Counted from the first letter of the stretch, positions 1 through 10,158 are shown. The stretch is DNA of 64,000 nucleotides from Micavibrio sp. (GCA_002699085.1 PAAR01000029.1:1249-65248); one strand, 5' to 3'. Numbers and translations are program-made. The notes: a model not told the origin generated them from the letters alone.

Positions 1-22
1 TCTCAGAAAAACACAACGAGAC

Positions 23-1039
23 TTAATCATACTTGAGATCCACTGCTTTGCCGTGAAATATTTTATAGGCGACAAAAGTATAACCAAATAGCACTGGAAG
101 AACGATTAAAGCACCAACCAGAATAATCATTAGCGATTCAGGTGCACTTGCAGCATCAACGATAAGCAATTCTCCTGGCACAATATACGGATAAAAGCTA
201 TATGCCAAACCACTGAAACAAAGAACAAAAATAAAGGCCGTCATAACAAATGGTGCCCAACATAAGCGATCTTTTTCCATTGGCATCTTACGTAATAAGA
301 AATACAACCAGACGATTAGTACGCCAGTTAAGATTGGGATCGGTGATAAATATAAAATCTCTGGAAAATGGAACCAACGCTCCGCAGTATGCGGGTTAAT
401 CATTGGGGTCACTAATGAAATTAACACAACCCCTACTGTGGTGTTAATTAGATTATATTTTGCCCAACGTACAGCACGCTCTTGTAAAAAACCTTCTGTC
501 TTCATAATCAACCAGCACGCACCTATTAAACAATAGCCGGCCACTACACAGAGTCCAATAAACAAGGAAAAAATAATCCCGAACGCATCACCACGGAACC
601 CGATAATATAAGAACCAAGCATATAGCCCTGAGATAAAGCCGTTAAAAGAGAACCCCAGAAAAATATTTTATTCCACTTCTTCTTCTTTTCTTGTGGGAC
701 TTTGGCGCGGAAATCGAACGCTACACCTCTAAAGATAAGACCAATCAACATGACGGCTACAGGTAAATATAAATGCGTCAAAATAATTCCATGAGCTTTA
801 GGAAAAGCGACAAGCAAGAGACCAACGCCGAGGACTAACCATGTTTCATTGGCATCCCAGAAAGGCCCAATAGAAGCAATCATACGATCTTTATGTTTAG
901 CACTAGCATTATCGGTTAAAATACCAACGCCCAGATCATAACCATCAAGCACGGCATAAATCAGCATTGATAAACCCATTAAAAAGGCAAAAACTAAAGG
1001 AAGCCAATCACCACTTTCAATCCATTGTTGTATTACCAT
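23..1039 (-). CDS. cydB: cytochrome bd ubiquinol oxidase subunit II
   Basis: 338-aa polytopic membrane ORF. The N-terminal ...LPLVFAFLMGLSMLIYAVLDGYDLGVGIL... is typical of CydB. It starts 12 nt downstream of the cydA stop. Confidence 0.9.
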   Translation of the reverse strand: MVIQQWIESGDWLPLVFAFLMGLSMLIYAVLDGYDLGVGILTDNASAKHKDRMIASIGPFWDANETWLVLGVGLLLVAFPKAHGIILTHLYLPVAVMLIGLIFRGVAFDFRAKVPQEKKKKWNKIFFWGSLLTALSQGYMLGSYIIGFRGDAFGIIFSLFIGLCVVAGYCLIGACWLIMKTEGFLQERAVRWAKYNLINTTVGVVLISLVTPMINPHTAERWFHFPEILYLSPIPILTGVLIVWLYFLLRKMPMEKDRLCWAPFVMTAFIFVLCFSGLAYSFYPYIVPGELLIVDAASAPESLMIILVGALIVLPVLFGYTFVAYKIFHGKAVDLKYD

Positions 1040-1051
1040 GGTTTACACTCC

Positions 1052-2440
1052 TTATTCACTAACCGTTTTTTCTTCATGTTCTATAATATGTCGACGCTCG
1101 GCACCCTGTGCGATTTGGTTCTCAGGATCTCTATTACCGCCATCTCCAGCACGCTTAGTCATATAAATAATCGTACCTATATAAGCACTCAATAAGCCTG
1201 CATAGACAGCTAAATAGGCATAAAGTGTCGTCCATACCATCGCTGGCGGATGATCTGCTACAGCCATCTTTGTCGTTAAAACACCTGTAACCAACCACGG
1301 TTGACGACCAATCTCCGTAACATACCATCCCGCCAAAGTGGCTAACCACCCTGAAAAAGTCATGCCAACCAAAGTCATTAAGATAAGTTTAGGAATATCT
1401 TTGCCACGGATAATATAAGCAGTACAAGTCCATGTCACGAATAGCATTAAGAGCCCCATACCGACCATAATACGAAATGCCCAGAACACCGGCGCGACAG
1501 GTGGATGATTACCTTCAAATTCATTTAAGCCCTTAATCTCGCCATCAGGATCATGCGCCAAAATTAAGCTAGCACCTTTAGGTATTTCAACAGCGAGATG
1601 GTTCTTTTTGGCTTTTTCATCAGGAATGCCAAATATAACAAGCGGAGCGCCTTGCTCTGTTTCCCACAATGCTTCCATAGCCGCAACTTTAGCAGGCTGG
1701 TATTCTTTTGTATTTAGACCATGCAAATCGCCAACAAATATTTGAATAGGAATAAGAATAGCCGCAATCAAAATACCTGTCTTTAACGCCGACTTAACCG
1801 CTGGCTTGGTATGACCCAATAACATTCTCAAAGCAGAGACACCTGCGACTAAAAAAGAAGCTGTCAGACCAGACGCCAATAGCATATGGACCATACGATA
1901 AGGCATTGATGGGTTAAACAAGATCGCCAGCCAATCCGTTGCATGCGCTTCACCATTAATCATTTCAAAGCCCACTGGTGTTTGCATCCAGCTGTTCAAC
2001 ACCAATATCCAGAAGGCCGAGGCTGTTGTCCCGAAAGCAACAAGAAAAGTTGCTAAGTTATGAACCCAAGAGGGCACGCGACGGAAGCCAAAAAGCATCA
2101 CACCTAAAAAAGTTGCCTCTAAAAAGAAGGCTGTCAACACTTCATAGGCCAATAAAGGACCTGCTATATTACCCACAGTCTCCATAAAGCCTGGCCAGTT
2201 CGTCCCAAATTGAAAGGACATTGTAATACCGCTAACAACACCCATCGCAAAGCTAAGGGCGAATATTTTTGTGAAGAAAAAATAATTCTCCATCCATTTA
2301 TAATCTTTGGTAGCGCTATAGCGTAATTTGAAAAAGAGCAGAATCCAGCCAAGAGCTATGGTGATCGTGGGAAAAAGAATATGAAAGCTAATATTAGCCC
2401 CAAATTGCATTCTTGCGAGCATAAAAGCTTCATTTTCCAT
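1052..2440 (-). CDS. cydA: cytochrome bd ubiquinol oxidase subunit I
   Basis: 462-aa membrane ORF. The N-terminus MLARMQFGANISFHILFPTITIALGW and the GRQPW motif (TEIGRQPWLV) are CydA hallmarks. Confidence 0.92.
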   Translation of the reverse strand: MENEAFMLARMQFGANISFHILFPTITIALGWILLFFKLRYSATKDYKWMENYFFFTKIFALSFAMGVVSGITMSFQFGTNWPGFMETVGNIAGPLLAYEVLTAFFLEATFLGVMLFGFRRVPSWVHNLATFLVAFGTTASAFWILVLNSWMQTPVGFEMINGEAHATDWLAILFNPSMPYRMVHMLLASGLTASFLVAGVSALRMLLGHTKPAVKSALKTGILIAAILIPIQIFVGDLHGLNTKEYQPAKVAAMEALWETEQGAPLVIFGIPDEKAKKNHLAVEIPKGASLILAHDPDGEIKGLNEFEGNHPPVAPVFWAFRIMVGMGLLMLFVTWTCTAYIIRGKDIPKLILMTLVGMTFSGWLATLAGWYVTEIGRQPWLVTGVLTTKMAVADHPPAMVWTTLYAYLAVYAGLLSAYIGTIIYMTKRAGDGGNRDPENQIAQGAERRHIIEHEEKTVSE

Positions 2441-2462
2441 GATTTCTTCTCCTTATATCCTT

Positions 2463-2984
2463 TTATTTATTCCACGGCATAATTTTTAAGATTTTTGCGA
2501 GACCGCACCAGCCTGTTAAACCAGCAAAACCTAGCGCAAAAGCAAAAAATGCAGCCACAAAAAACACTGCAACATAGCCAAGCAGACCTAACACTATCAA
2601 GACAAAAATAAGAAAACCCATAATCACCTGTACTTGTCTCATAATCTCCCAACCAGAACCGATAGTAACAATAGGTAAGTTAGCCTCTTTCCAAGCGGTA
2701 ATACCGCCTTCCATATTATAAATCTTATTCTTAAATGATTTGGTCTCAGTAACAATCTGACACGCTTGCTCACCACGCCCGCCTTTTAGGCACTGCATGA
2801 TAAGTTTTTTCTCTGCTGGCAGATTCATAGAAGCCATTATTTCAGCAAAACGTGATAAAGGTATATTCATCGCATAGGCAATATGTGATTGTTTAAATTC
2901 ATCTGGTTCACGAACATCAACCAGCAAGGCCTCACCTGTATTAAGCCACTCTAAAGCTTGTTCCGCCGTTATATTATTCTGCAT
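2463..2984 (-). CDS. rhodanese-domain sulfurtransferase with C-terminal membrane anchor (YgaP-like)
   Basis: The N-terminal rhodanese fold has the active-site loop CLKGGRG. The C-terminal ~60 aa form two hydrophobic helices. It sits downstream of an ArsR-family regulator. Confidence 0.75.
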   Translation of the reverse strand: MQNNITAEQALEWLNTGEALLVDVREPDEFKQSHIAYAMNIPLSRFAEIMASMNLPAEKKLIMQCLKGGRGEQACQIVTETKSFKNKIYNMEGGITAWKEANLPIVTIGSGWEIMRQVQVIMGFLIFVLIVLGLLGYVAVFFVAAFFAFALGFAGLTGWCGLAKILKIMPWNK

Positions 2985-3010
2985 CTTGATCTACCTTTTT
3001 ATATAATGAA

Positions 3011-3340
3011 TTATTTTTTACAGAAAACGTCATGGAGCACACCCATAATTCTAAGAACCGAAGGATCTTTAATATAATAATAGAGCGTACGATGATCTCT
3101 CCGATAGTCAATAATATCTTCATCTTTTAATTTTTTAAGATGCTGTGACATCGAACTTTGCGCTAATCCAGTAAATTCAATAAGTTGAGAGACGTTGTGC
3201 TCACCCTCGACCAGCTTACATAGAATAAGCAAACGACTCTTATGAGAAAGGCCCTTCAAAAAATCTGCGGCGACGCTAACATTCTCTCGCATTTTTTCCA
3301 TTGATAAAAACTTCCTTAATTTATATCTTAGTGATATCAT
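3011..3340 (-). CDS. ArsR/SmtB-family transcriptional regulator
   Basis: Winged-HTH signature HKSRLLILCKLVEGEHNVSQLIEFTGLAQSSMSQHLKKLKDEDII. The real start is probably the internal ATG at 3301 (MEKMRENV...), which leaves a more sensible divergent promoter. Confidence 0.85.
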   Translation of the reverse strand: MISLRYKLRKFLSMEKMRENVSVAADFLKGLSHKSRLLILCKLVEGEHNVSQLIEFTGLAQSSMSQHLKKLKDEDIIDYRRDHRTLYYYIKDPSVLRIMGVLHDVFCKK

Positions 3341-3366
3341 AAAAATATAAAATAAGGAAGGTTAAA

Positions 3367-3702
3367 ATGACAAAAGACTATAAGGCCATTACCGCAGATA
3401 TCTCAGAATATATAGCTCAATTGAGAGAGCTGGCACCAGATGCCATGCAAGGTTTTTCTGCCCTTGCCAAAGGCGCAACAAAAGACAATACACTTGATGA
3501 GAAAACAAAAGAACTTATCGCTCTTGGCATTGGTATTTCACAACGATGCGATGGCTGTATTGGTTTCCATGTTAAAACGTTAAAACGTCTAGGCACCACA
3601 AAAGAAGAAATCGCTGAAGTTGCGGCCATGGCTGTTTACATGGGTGGCGGCCCATCTCTTATGTATGCGGCTGACGCCTTACGTGCTTACGATCAATTCT
3701 AA
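3367..3702 (+). CDS. carboxymuconolactone decarboxylase / AhpD-like family protein
   Basis: 111 aa with a CxxC redox motif in the context QRCDGCIGFHVK, typical of the CMD/AhpD family. An AAGGAAGG RBS-like purine run lies upstream. Confidence 0.85.
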   Translation: MTKDYKAITADISEYIAQLRELAPDAMQGFSALAKGATKDNTLDEKTKELIALGIGISQRCDGCIGFHVKTLKRLGTTKEEIAEVAAMAVYMGGGPSLMYAADALRAYDQF

Positions 3703-3756
3703 ATTTCACCTATACTATAGAACTCAGAACCAGAGCATTATATGCTATAGGACGTA

Positions 3757-5613
3757 ATGAAACCAATAAAAGACATAGTGCCACGGGGCTTGAATAAATG
3801 GGAAGTGTGGATCGCACTCACTGCCCTTACTTCAATAGCTCTGCACTTTGCCTTGATACATACAGCCTATAGCCAGCTTCCTTTACAAACTATGTTGGTC
3901 ATTGGTGGCTTGCCGCTGCTAGCCCAGATTGCTGGTAAACTTATCAAAGGTGATTTCGGCGCCGACCTTATGGCGATAATAGCCTTAGTGACTGCAGCTG
4001 TTTTAGGCGAATATCTGGCAGGTGTTTTAATCGTTATCATGCTGGCGGGTGGCCAAGCTCTTGAATTTTATGCCATGCGTAAAGCATCCTCCGTGCTACG
4101 TGCTTTAGCCGATCGTATGCCTTCAACTGCCCACCGCAAAGGAGGCAGTGATGTCAAGGATATTGCGCTAAGTGCTATTAAAATTGGCGATGAGATCGTT
4201 ATATATCCGCATGAAACTGCACCTGTTGATGGCACTGTCATTGAGGGTCACGGCACAATGGATGAATCCTATTTAACAGGCGAGCCCTATACAATCACCA
4301 AAGCAGTAGGTGCTAACGTGCTTTCAGGGGCGATCAATGGTGATGCCGTTTTGACTATTCGAGCCGAGAAATTAGCGAATGATTCCCGCTACGCCCAGAT
4401 TATGAGCGTCATGCAAGATGCCGAGCAGAAACGCCCAAGCATGCGCCGTATAGGTGACCAAATCGGTGCTGTTTTTGCGCCCATAGCACTGATCGTTGCA
4501 TTGGCCGCTTGGTATTTCACAGGCGATCCAATGCGCTTTCTTGCTGTTTTAGTTGTGGCCACACCATGCCCTTTGCTGATTGCCATTCCCATTACCCTTA
4601 TTAGTGCGATTTCCATGGCCGCCAAACGAGGTATCATCATTAAAGACCCAACAGTGCTGGAGCGCATACCAACATGTCGAACAGCAATATTTGATAAAAC
4701 AGGCACGCTCACTTACGGTAAACCAGAAGTCACCGAAATCCTTACGGCCAAAGGTATAGACCGTGATGATATATTACGACGTGCCGCAAGCCTTGAACGT
4801 TATTCAAAACACCCACTGGCCAGCGCTATTTTAGCCGCTGCGAAAAAAGCAAATCTACCACTTATGGACGCCACTGCTATATCAGAAAAAGCAGGTCAAG
4901 GCCTGACGGGGAGTGTGGACAGCCATGAAATCACCGTAACTAGTCGTAAGAAATTTTTAGCCAGCTACCCTGATGCCGTTGCGCTTCTCCCTGAAACAGC
5001 AGCCGGTCTAGAATGCCTTATTCTGATGGATGGCGACTATGCTGCGACGATACGTTTGCGCGATGCACCACGTGATGATGGAAAACCATTCATCCATCAT
5101 CTTGCCCCCAATCATCAATTCTCTAAAATTATGATTGTTTCAGGTGACCGTGAATCTGAGGTGACGTATCTAGCTGATATTCTGGGCATTAAAGAAACCT
5201 ATGCCTCACAAAGTCCCGAACAAAAGGTCACTATCGTCCGAGCAGAAACCACTTTTGCCCCAACACTTTATATGGGAGACGGGATCAATGATGCTCCTGC
5301 CTTGGCTTCCGCCACTGTTGGTATCGCTTTTGGTCAACATAGCAGCATCACCGCTGAAGCCGCAGGTGCTGTCATCATGGAAAACTCGCTGGTAAAAGTG
5401 GATGAGCTAATCCATATCTCCGGTTCAATGCGTAAGATCGTCCTGCAAAGTGCGCTTGGTGGCATGGCGTTAAGTTTGATCGCTATGGGTTTCGCCGCTG
5501 GTGGGTTTATCACACCCGTGGCAGGCGCATTACTGCAAGAAATGATTGATGTTCTGGCCATTGCCAATGCCCTACGCATGACATGGCAAAAGAAAATTGA
5601 AGCGGATATTTAA
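3757..5613 (+). CDS. heavy-metal translocating P1B-type ATPase (no N-terminal metal-binding domain)
   Basis: CPC transmembrane metal motif (ATPCPLLIA), phosphorylation motif FDKTGTLT and hinge GDGINDAP. The N-terminus goes straight into TM helices with no CxxC HMA domain. Confidence 0.9.
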   Translation: MKPIKDIVPRGLNKWEVWIALTALTSIALHFALIHTAYSQLPLQTMLVIGGLPLLAQIAGKLIKGDFGADLMAIIALVTAAVLGEYLAGVLIVIMLAGGQALEFYAMRKASSVLRALADRMPSTAHRKGGSDVKDIALSAIKIGDEIVIYPHETAPVDGTVIEGHGTMDESYLTGEPYTITKAVGANVLSGAINGDAVLTIRAEKLANDSRYAQIMSVMQDAEQKRPSMRRIGDQIGAVFAPIALIVALAAWYFTGDPMRFLAVLVVATPCPLLIAIPITLISAISMAAKRGIIIKDPTVLERIPTCRTAIFDKTGTLTYGKPEVTEILTAKGIDRDDILRRAASLERYSKHPLASAILAAAKKANLPLMDATAISEKAGQGLTGSVDSHEITVTSRKKFLASYPDAVALLPETAAGLECLILMDGDYAATIRLRDAPRDDGKPFIHHLAPNHQFSKIMIVSGDRESEVTYLADILGIKETYASQSPEQKVTIVRAETTFAPTLYMGDGINDAPALASATVGIAFGQHSSITAEAAGAVIMENSLVKVDELIHISGSMRKIVLQSALGGMALSLIAMGFAAGGFITPVAGALLQEMIDVLAIANALRMTWQKKIEADI

Positions 5614-5651
5614 ATAGTTTCAGATCTTAAGTTCTCCTATCAATCATTTTC

Positions 5652-6677
5652 TCAGCGAGAAACAGTTTCTTTACCCGTAAGGTTATTCTTGCAGGCTTGA
5701 GCCATGACCAGCTCTTCATCGGTGGGAATGACATAGACGTCAAAATCGCCTATCCAGCGTAACTCTGCGGTGATTTTATCTCGAATAAAGGCAGCATTTT
5801 CGCCAATGCCGCCTGTAAAGACAAGCGCCTCTAACCCGCCAATAGACGGTAATAGGCTGGCAATCTGTTTAGCGGCAGAAATACAATAAAGCTCTATGGC
5901 TTGTTTGGCTGAAGCAATGTCGCTACCGATGAGTTGACGCATATCATCACTGATCCCCGATACACCTTTAAGGCCTGCATTATGGTAGAGCAGCTCACTT
6001 AATTCAGACACAGCCATATTGTCTTGCGCCAATAGATAGAGTAAGACACCAGCATCAAGCGCACCGCAGCGTGTACCCATCATCAAACCGTCTAAGGTTG
6101 AAAAACCCATCGTGCTGTCCACGCTTTGTAACTCTTTCATAGCGCAGGCCGATGCCCCACCACCTAAATGCACCACGATAATGCGACCATTCGCTTTTTC
6201 TTTAGCGTAATCTGGTAATACATCCGCAATATGCTGATAAGACAGCCCATGGAAGCCGTAACGCATTAATCCCTCATCATGGTATTGCTGCGGTAGAGGT
6301 AAACGGCGGGCAATATCGGATATACTATGATGAAAAGCTGTATCGAAACAGGCTATATGCGGGATATCCTCATAGTGTTTTTGCGTTACCTCTATAAAGT
6401 TTATCGCTGCAGGTTGGTGTAGTGGCGCTAGTGGAATGAAGTCCTTGAGCGTTTGTAGCACCGTATCATCAATACGGACAGGATGCGTAAAAGAACGACC
6501 GCCATGAACAACACGGTGCCCAACAGCCACTACATTCTGGTGACTTTTTAACCACGCTATCGTTTCTTCTGCTTTATGGACAGATACATGATCTTGTTGT
6601 TGCAATGTGTCTACATCAAAAGCTGCCAGCTTTGTGTTACTTGATCCAGCGTTGCAGGTAAGAATAAGGGCGCTCAT
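5652..6677 (-). CDS. ackA: acetate kinase (short form)
   Basis: MSALILTCNAGSSNTKLAAF... plus HRVVHGG and the ASKHA-fold motifs. The start was chosen at ATG 6677, 1 nt downstream of the pta stop. The longer ORF-track version (to 6755) would overlap pta. Confidence 0.88.
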   Translation of the reverse strand: MSALILTCNAGSSNTKLAAFDVDTLQQQDHVSVHKAEETIAWLKSHQNVVAVGHRVVHGGRSFTHPVRIDDTVLQTLKDFIPLAPLHQPAAINFIEVTQKHYEDIPHIACFDTAFHHSISDIARRLPLPQQYHDEGLMRYGFHGLSYQHIADVLPDYAKEKANGRIIVVHLGGGASACAMKELQSVDSTMGFSTLDGLMMGTRCGALDAGVLLYLLAQDNMAVSELSELLYHNAGLKGVSGISDDMRQLIGSDIASAKQAIELYCISAAKQIASLLPSIGGLEALVFTGGIGENAAFIRDKITAELRWIGDFDVYVIPTDEELVMAQACKNNLTGKETVSR

Positions 6678-6678
6678 A

Positions 6679-8082
6679 TCAGTTCTTTTCTTTTTGGCGC
6701 ACATATAAAAGTGCCAAGGCCGAGGAAGCCACACGGCTATCCGCGTCCCCTGCACGACTTGTCAAAATAATAGGTACTGTCGCACCGAGCACAATCCCAG
6801 CGCCTTCTGCTCCTGAAAAATAGCGCAACTCTTTATAAAGCATATTCCCTGATTCAATATCTGGAACCACCAGAATATCCGCATCACCTGCGACATCTGA
6901 AATAATGCCTTTAATATCGGCGGCTTCTTTTGAAATAGCATTATCAAAGGCCAATGGGCCATCAATAATACCACCTGTAATCTGGCCACGTTGTGCCATT
7001 TTGCACAAAGCAGTTGCGTCAATAGTTGAGGGTATGCGTTCACTGACTACCTCAACTGCTGACAGAAGAGCAACTTTTGGTATCCCTAAACCAAGAGCGC
7101 CATAAAGATCAATTGCATTTTGGACGATATCTTTTTTATCCATCAGGCTGGGTTTGATGTTAATCGCTGAATCCGTTAAAAAAAGTGGTTTTGGATAGCT
7201 CGGCACATCAAGAACAAATACATGGCTCATACGTCTACCCGTACGCAAACCCTTTTCCTTATCAACCACAGCCTCCATCAATTCATCCGTATGCAGCTTG
7301 CCCTTCATCAACGCTTCCACCTCACCCTTATGCACCATTTCAACGGCGAGAGCGGCCGCAGCATGACTATGTGGTGTAGAAATGATCTCATAATGATCAA
7401 GGTCAATATGCGCATCCTCTGCAACTTTACGAATTTTAACTTCTGGACCAACAAATACAGGCTCTATAATCCCTGCCTTTGCGGCTTCTACTGCACCCGC
7501 TAGTGAAAAAATATCCGCAGGATGCACCACGGCAACACGCAAAGGCTTCAACCCAGATGCTTTATCAAGCAATATCTGTTCGTAATTATGAGCACCAGTT
7601 TTAATCTGCACTTCTGGCAAAGCTGTTGCTTTCCAGCATATTTTCTCAGAAGGCGCTAGAACAAGCGCTTCACCTTCTAGTACATGCTCGCCATCTTCGT
7701 TGGCACAAAGTGTCTGAAAAGTAATATGCTTGTGGGCATTGTCTTTCTTTATGACCTTCACTGATGCTGTGATTGTATCACCCAAACGTACAGGCCTTAA
7801 GAATTTAAGTGTTTGGCTTAAATAAAGAGTCCCTGGTCCAGGAAGCTGCATACCCAACAGCACTGAAAACATTGACGCTGTCCACATACCGTGCCCAACA
7901 ATTTGATGAAAAATATCAGTTTTAGCATAGGACTCGTCTAAATGCGCAGGGTTCATATCCCCTGTAACGGTGGCAAAGAGCTGAATATCTTGTTTAGTGA
8001 GTGTACGTGTCAGCGTTGCTGAGTCACCCATCTTTATTTCATCATAGGTTTTATTCGTTATGCAGTTATTAGCATTTATCAT
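6679..8082 (-). CDS. pta: bifunctional MaoC-like dehydratase / phosphate acetyl(butyryl)transferase
   Basis: An N-terminal hot-dog/MaoC region (GDMNPAHLDESYAKTDIFHQIVGHGMW) is fused to a C-terminal PTA_PTB domain (FLTDSAINIKPS..., SRAGDADSRV). ATG 8082 is preferred over TTG 8106. Confidence 0.85.
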   Translation of the reverse strand: MINANNCITNKTYDEIKMGDSATLTRTLTKQDIQLFATVTGDMNPAHLDESYAKTDIFHQIVGHGMWTASMFSVLLGMQLPGPGTLYLSQTLKFLRPVRLGDTITASVKVIKKDNAHKHITFQTLCANEDGEHVLEGEALVLAPSEKICWKATALPEVQIKTGAHNYEQILLDKASGLKPLRVAVVHPADIFSLAGAVEAAKAGIIEPVFVGPEVKIRKVAEDAHIDLDHYEIISTPHSHAAAALAVEMVHKGEVEALMKGKLHTDELMEAVVDKEKGLRTGRRMSHVFVLDVPSYPKPLFLTDSAINIKPSLMDKKDIVQNAIDLYGALGLGIPKVALLSAVEVVSERIPSTIDATALCKMAQRGQITGGIIDGPLAFDNAISKEAADIKGIISDVAGDADILVVPDIESGNMLYKELRYFSGAEGAGIVLGATVPIILTSRAGDADSRVASSALALLYVRQKEKN

Positions 8083-8098
8083 ATTAGCCCCTTTATCC

Positions 8099-8872
8099 TT
8101 AATCAATTACTTCATAACCACCATCAACCATATGAACGCCACCTGTAATATTTTTAGACAGATCACTAACCAAAAAGGCAGCCATATGGCCAATATCATC
8201 CAAATCAATCATACGGTGTAGTGGCATTTTAACAGCAGTAGATTCTAAAAGCCCATCAAAATCGGCAATACCCGAACCAGCACGTGTTTTTATCGCACTT
8301 GGTGATACGACGTTTACACGGATATTCTTTTCGCCTAATTCTGCTGCTAAATAACGTGTCGTAGATTCTAGCGCTGCCTTAACTGGACCCATAAGACCGT
8401 AATTTTTCACAACTTCTTGACTACCTATATAGCTCACCGTTAATAAACTGCCACCTTTTATCATTAAGGGCTCAGCACGTTTGGCTAAACGAATAAAAGA
8501 GTGACAAGAAATATCCATCGCTTCAAAAAAGCCATCTTTTGAGCAATCCGTCACACGCCCTTGTAAATCCGCTTTTGGCGCATAGGCAATAGAATGTAGA
8601 AGAAAATCTAAACAGCCCCATTCATCTTTTATCGCCTTAAAGAGTGCATCCATCTGTGCGTCATCTCTAACATCACAGGGCATAAGAATCGAAGCTTTAA
8701 GTTGCTCTGCTAGAGGTCTAACGTAAGGCGCCGCTTTCTCAGTGGCATAGGATATGGCCAGTTCCGCACCCGCTTGATGGAAAATATTAGCGCAGCCGTA
8801 AGCAATACTCTGCTCATTAGCAATACCTAAAACAAGTCCCTTTTTTCCTGCTAAATCTAACAATGCAGCCAT
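8099..8872 (-). CDS. fabI: enoyl-[acyl-carrier-protein] reductase (NADH), FabI
   Basis: SDR fold LAGKKGLVLGIANEQSIAYG and the YxxxxxxK context (SYIGSQEVVKNYGLMGPVKAALE). ATG 8872 is preferred over TTG 8884. Confidence 0.88.
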   Translation of the reverse strand: MAALLDLAGKKGLVLGIANEQSIAYGCANIFHQAGAELAISYATEKAAPYVRPLAEQLKASILMPCDVRDDAQMDALFKAIKDEWGCLDFLLHSIAYAPKADLQGRVTDCSKDGFFEAMDISCHSFIRLAKRAEPLMIKGGSLLTVSYIGSQEVVKNYGLMGPVKAALESTTRYLAAELGEKNIRVNVVSPSAIKTRAGSGIADFDGLLESTAVKMPLHRMIDLDDIGHMAAFLVSDLSKNITGGVHMVDGGYEVID

Positions 8873-9044
8873 GTACGCCCCCAAGATAACAGATACTTAC
8901 ATAGGCATATTAAAGCCATTCTGGCTTTAATTACAATCAAATGTCACTTTCGCTAAGAATAGTTAGTGGCAGACTACAAACACTTCCATTTAGCGTTAAA
9001 TTATCTATACTGACAAAAGCAAAAATAACATAGGAGCGTCTACT

Positions 9045-9716
9045 GTGCCAAAAATTGCAGCTGGTGTTGTTCATTTCCAAAAAAATGTTTATCCAGAAAA
9101 GAAGGAGCTTTTCGAAAAACTGGCTAAAGGACAATCACCCGAAGCCTTATTCATTACGTGCTCAGACTCACGTGTGAACCCAAATTTGCTAACACAAACC
9201 GATCCAGGTGAGCTATTCATCTGTCGCAATGCTGGTAATATCGTACCGCCACATACACACCACACAGGTGCTATGACGGCCAGTATTGAATATGCTGTCG
9301 GTGTTTTAAATGTACCCCATATCATCATTTGCGGCCATACAGATTGCGGGGCGATGAAAGGGGCAATGAATGTCGACCAATTAACAGATTTACCGCATGT
9401 TAAAGAATGGCTCAATTATACCAATGCGGCTGTCCGTATTTCAAAAGAAAAAGTCAAAGATGGTAATGAAGAAACCTTATTAAATATGCTGATATATGAG
9501 AATGTTTTACTACAGATGCAGCACCTCAAAACACACCCTTATGTCGCTGCTAATCTTTCGGCAGGTAAAACAAAAATCCATGGCTGGGTTTATGATATCA
9601 AAAGTGGTGAGGTCTGGGCTTATGATGAAGACAGTAAGGCTTTTCTGCCTGTTGCAGAGAAATACGCCGCAGAAGTAAAGAAATTTGCAGAAATTTCTAT
9701 GCATTGTGAGCATTAA
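9045..9716 (+). CDS. beta-class carbonic anhydrase
   Basis: Zinc-ligand motifs CSDSR and HTDCGAM. GTG start with an AGGAG RBS 8 nt upstream. Confidence 0.9.
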   Translation: MPKIAAGVVHFQKNVYPEKKELFEKLAKGQSPEALFITCSDSRVNPNLLTQTDPGELFICRNAGNIVPPHTHHTGAMTASIEYAVGVLNVPHIIICGHTDCGAMKGAMNVDQLTDLPHVKEWLNYTNAAVRISKEKVKDGNEETLLNMLIYENVLLQMQHLKTHPYVAANLSAGKTKIHGWVYDIKSGEVWAYDEDSKAFLPVAEKYAAEVKKFAEISMHCEH

Positions 9717-9719
9717 AGA

Positions 9720-10070
9720 ATGAGCGGCACTACTATCTACGGCATTAAAAATTGTAATACCATGCAAAAAGCCATGGCTTGGTTAGATACGCATAGCATC
9801 GCCTATATTTTCCATGATTACAAAAAACAAGGTGCTGATGAGGCAATACTAAAAGAAGCGATTGCCACTCATGGTTGGGAAACTGTGATAAATAAAAAGG
9901 GTATGACATGGCCTAATCTTCCTGATGAAGCTAAGACCTCTATGAATGAGAGAAAAGCTATAGAAACAGCTCTTGATAACCCGTCTATTATTAAACGGCC
10001 ACTTCTCGCCCATGAAGGCAAAACGTATTTAGGTTTTGATGAAGCCGTCTATCAAACTATCTTTAATTAA
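9720..10070 (+). CDS. ArsC/Spx-family protein (YffB-like)
   Basis: 116 aa. IYGIKNCNTMQKAMAWL... and the C-terminal IIKRPLL motif are typical of the ArsC-family thioredoxin-fold proteins. Confidence 0.8.
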   Translation: MSGTTIYGIKNCNTMQKAMAWLDTHSIAYIFHDYKKQGADEAILKEAIATHGWETVINKKGMTWPNLPDEAKTSMNERKAIETALDNPSIIKRPLLAHEGKTYLGFDEAVYQTIFN

Positions 10071-10158
10071 AAATACATAACCTATTACCATAAATTACTT
10101 GATCTGTGCTCATGCTATTTGCTAAAGATTAGATATAAACTGCTGCAATAGAGGCTAT

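Noticed and set aside
1155-2352. Small ORFs nested in cydA (1155-1349, 1978-2187, 2164-2352), and similar ones in other membrane-protein genes.
   Set aside because: They lie inside a longer ORF with unambiguous CydA motifs. There is no independent support for them.
5652-6755. The 26-codon N-terminal extension of ackA given in the ORF track, which overlaps the 3' end of pta.
   Set aside because: The extension (MQGTRIAVWLPRPWHFYMCAKKKRTD) is not AckA-like. The conserved N-terminus begins at MSALILTCNAGSS, whose ATG lies 1 nt downstream of the pta stop.
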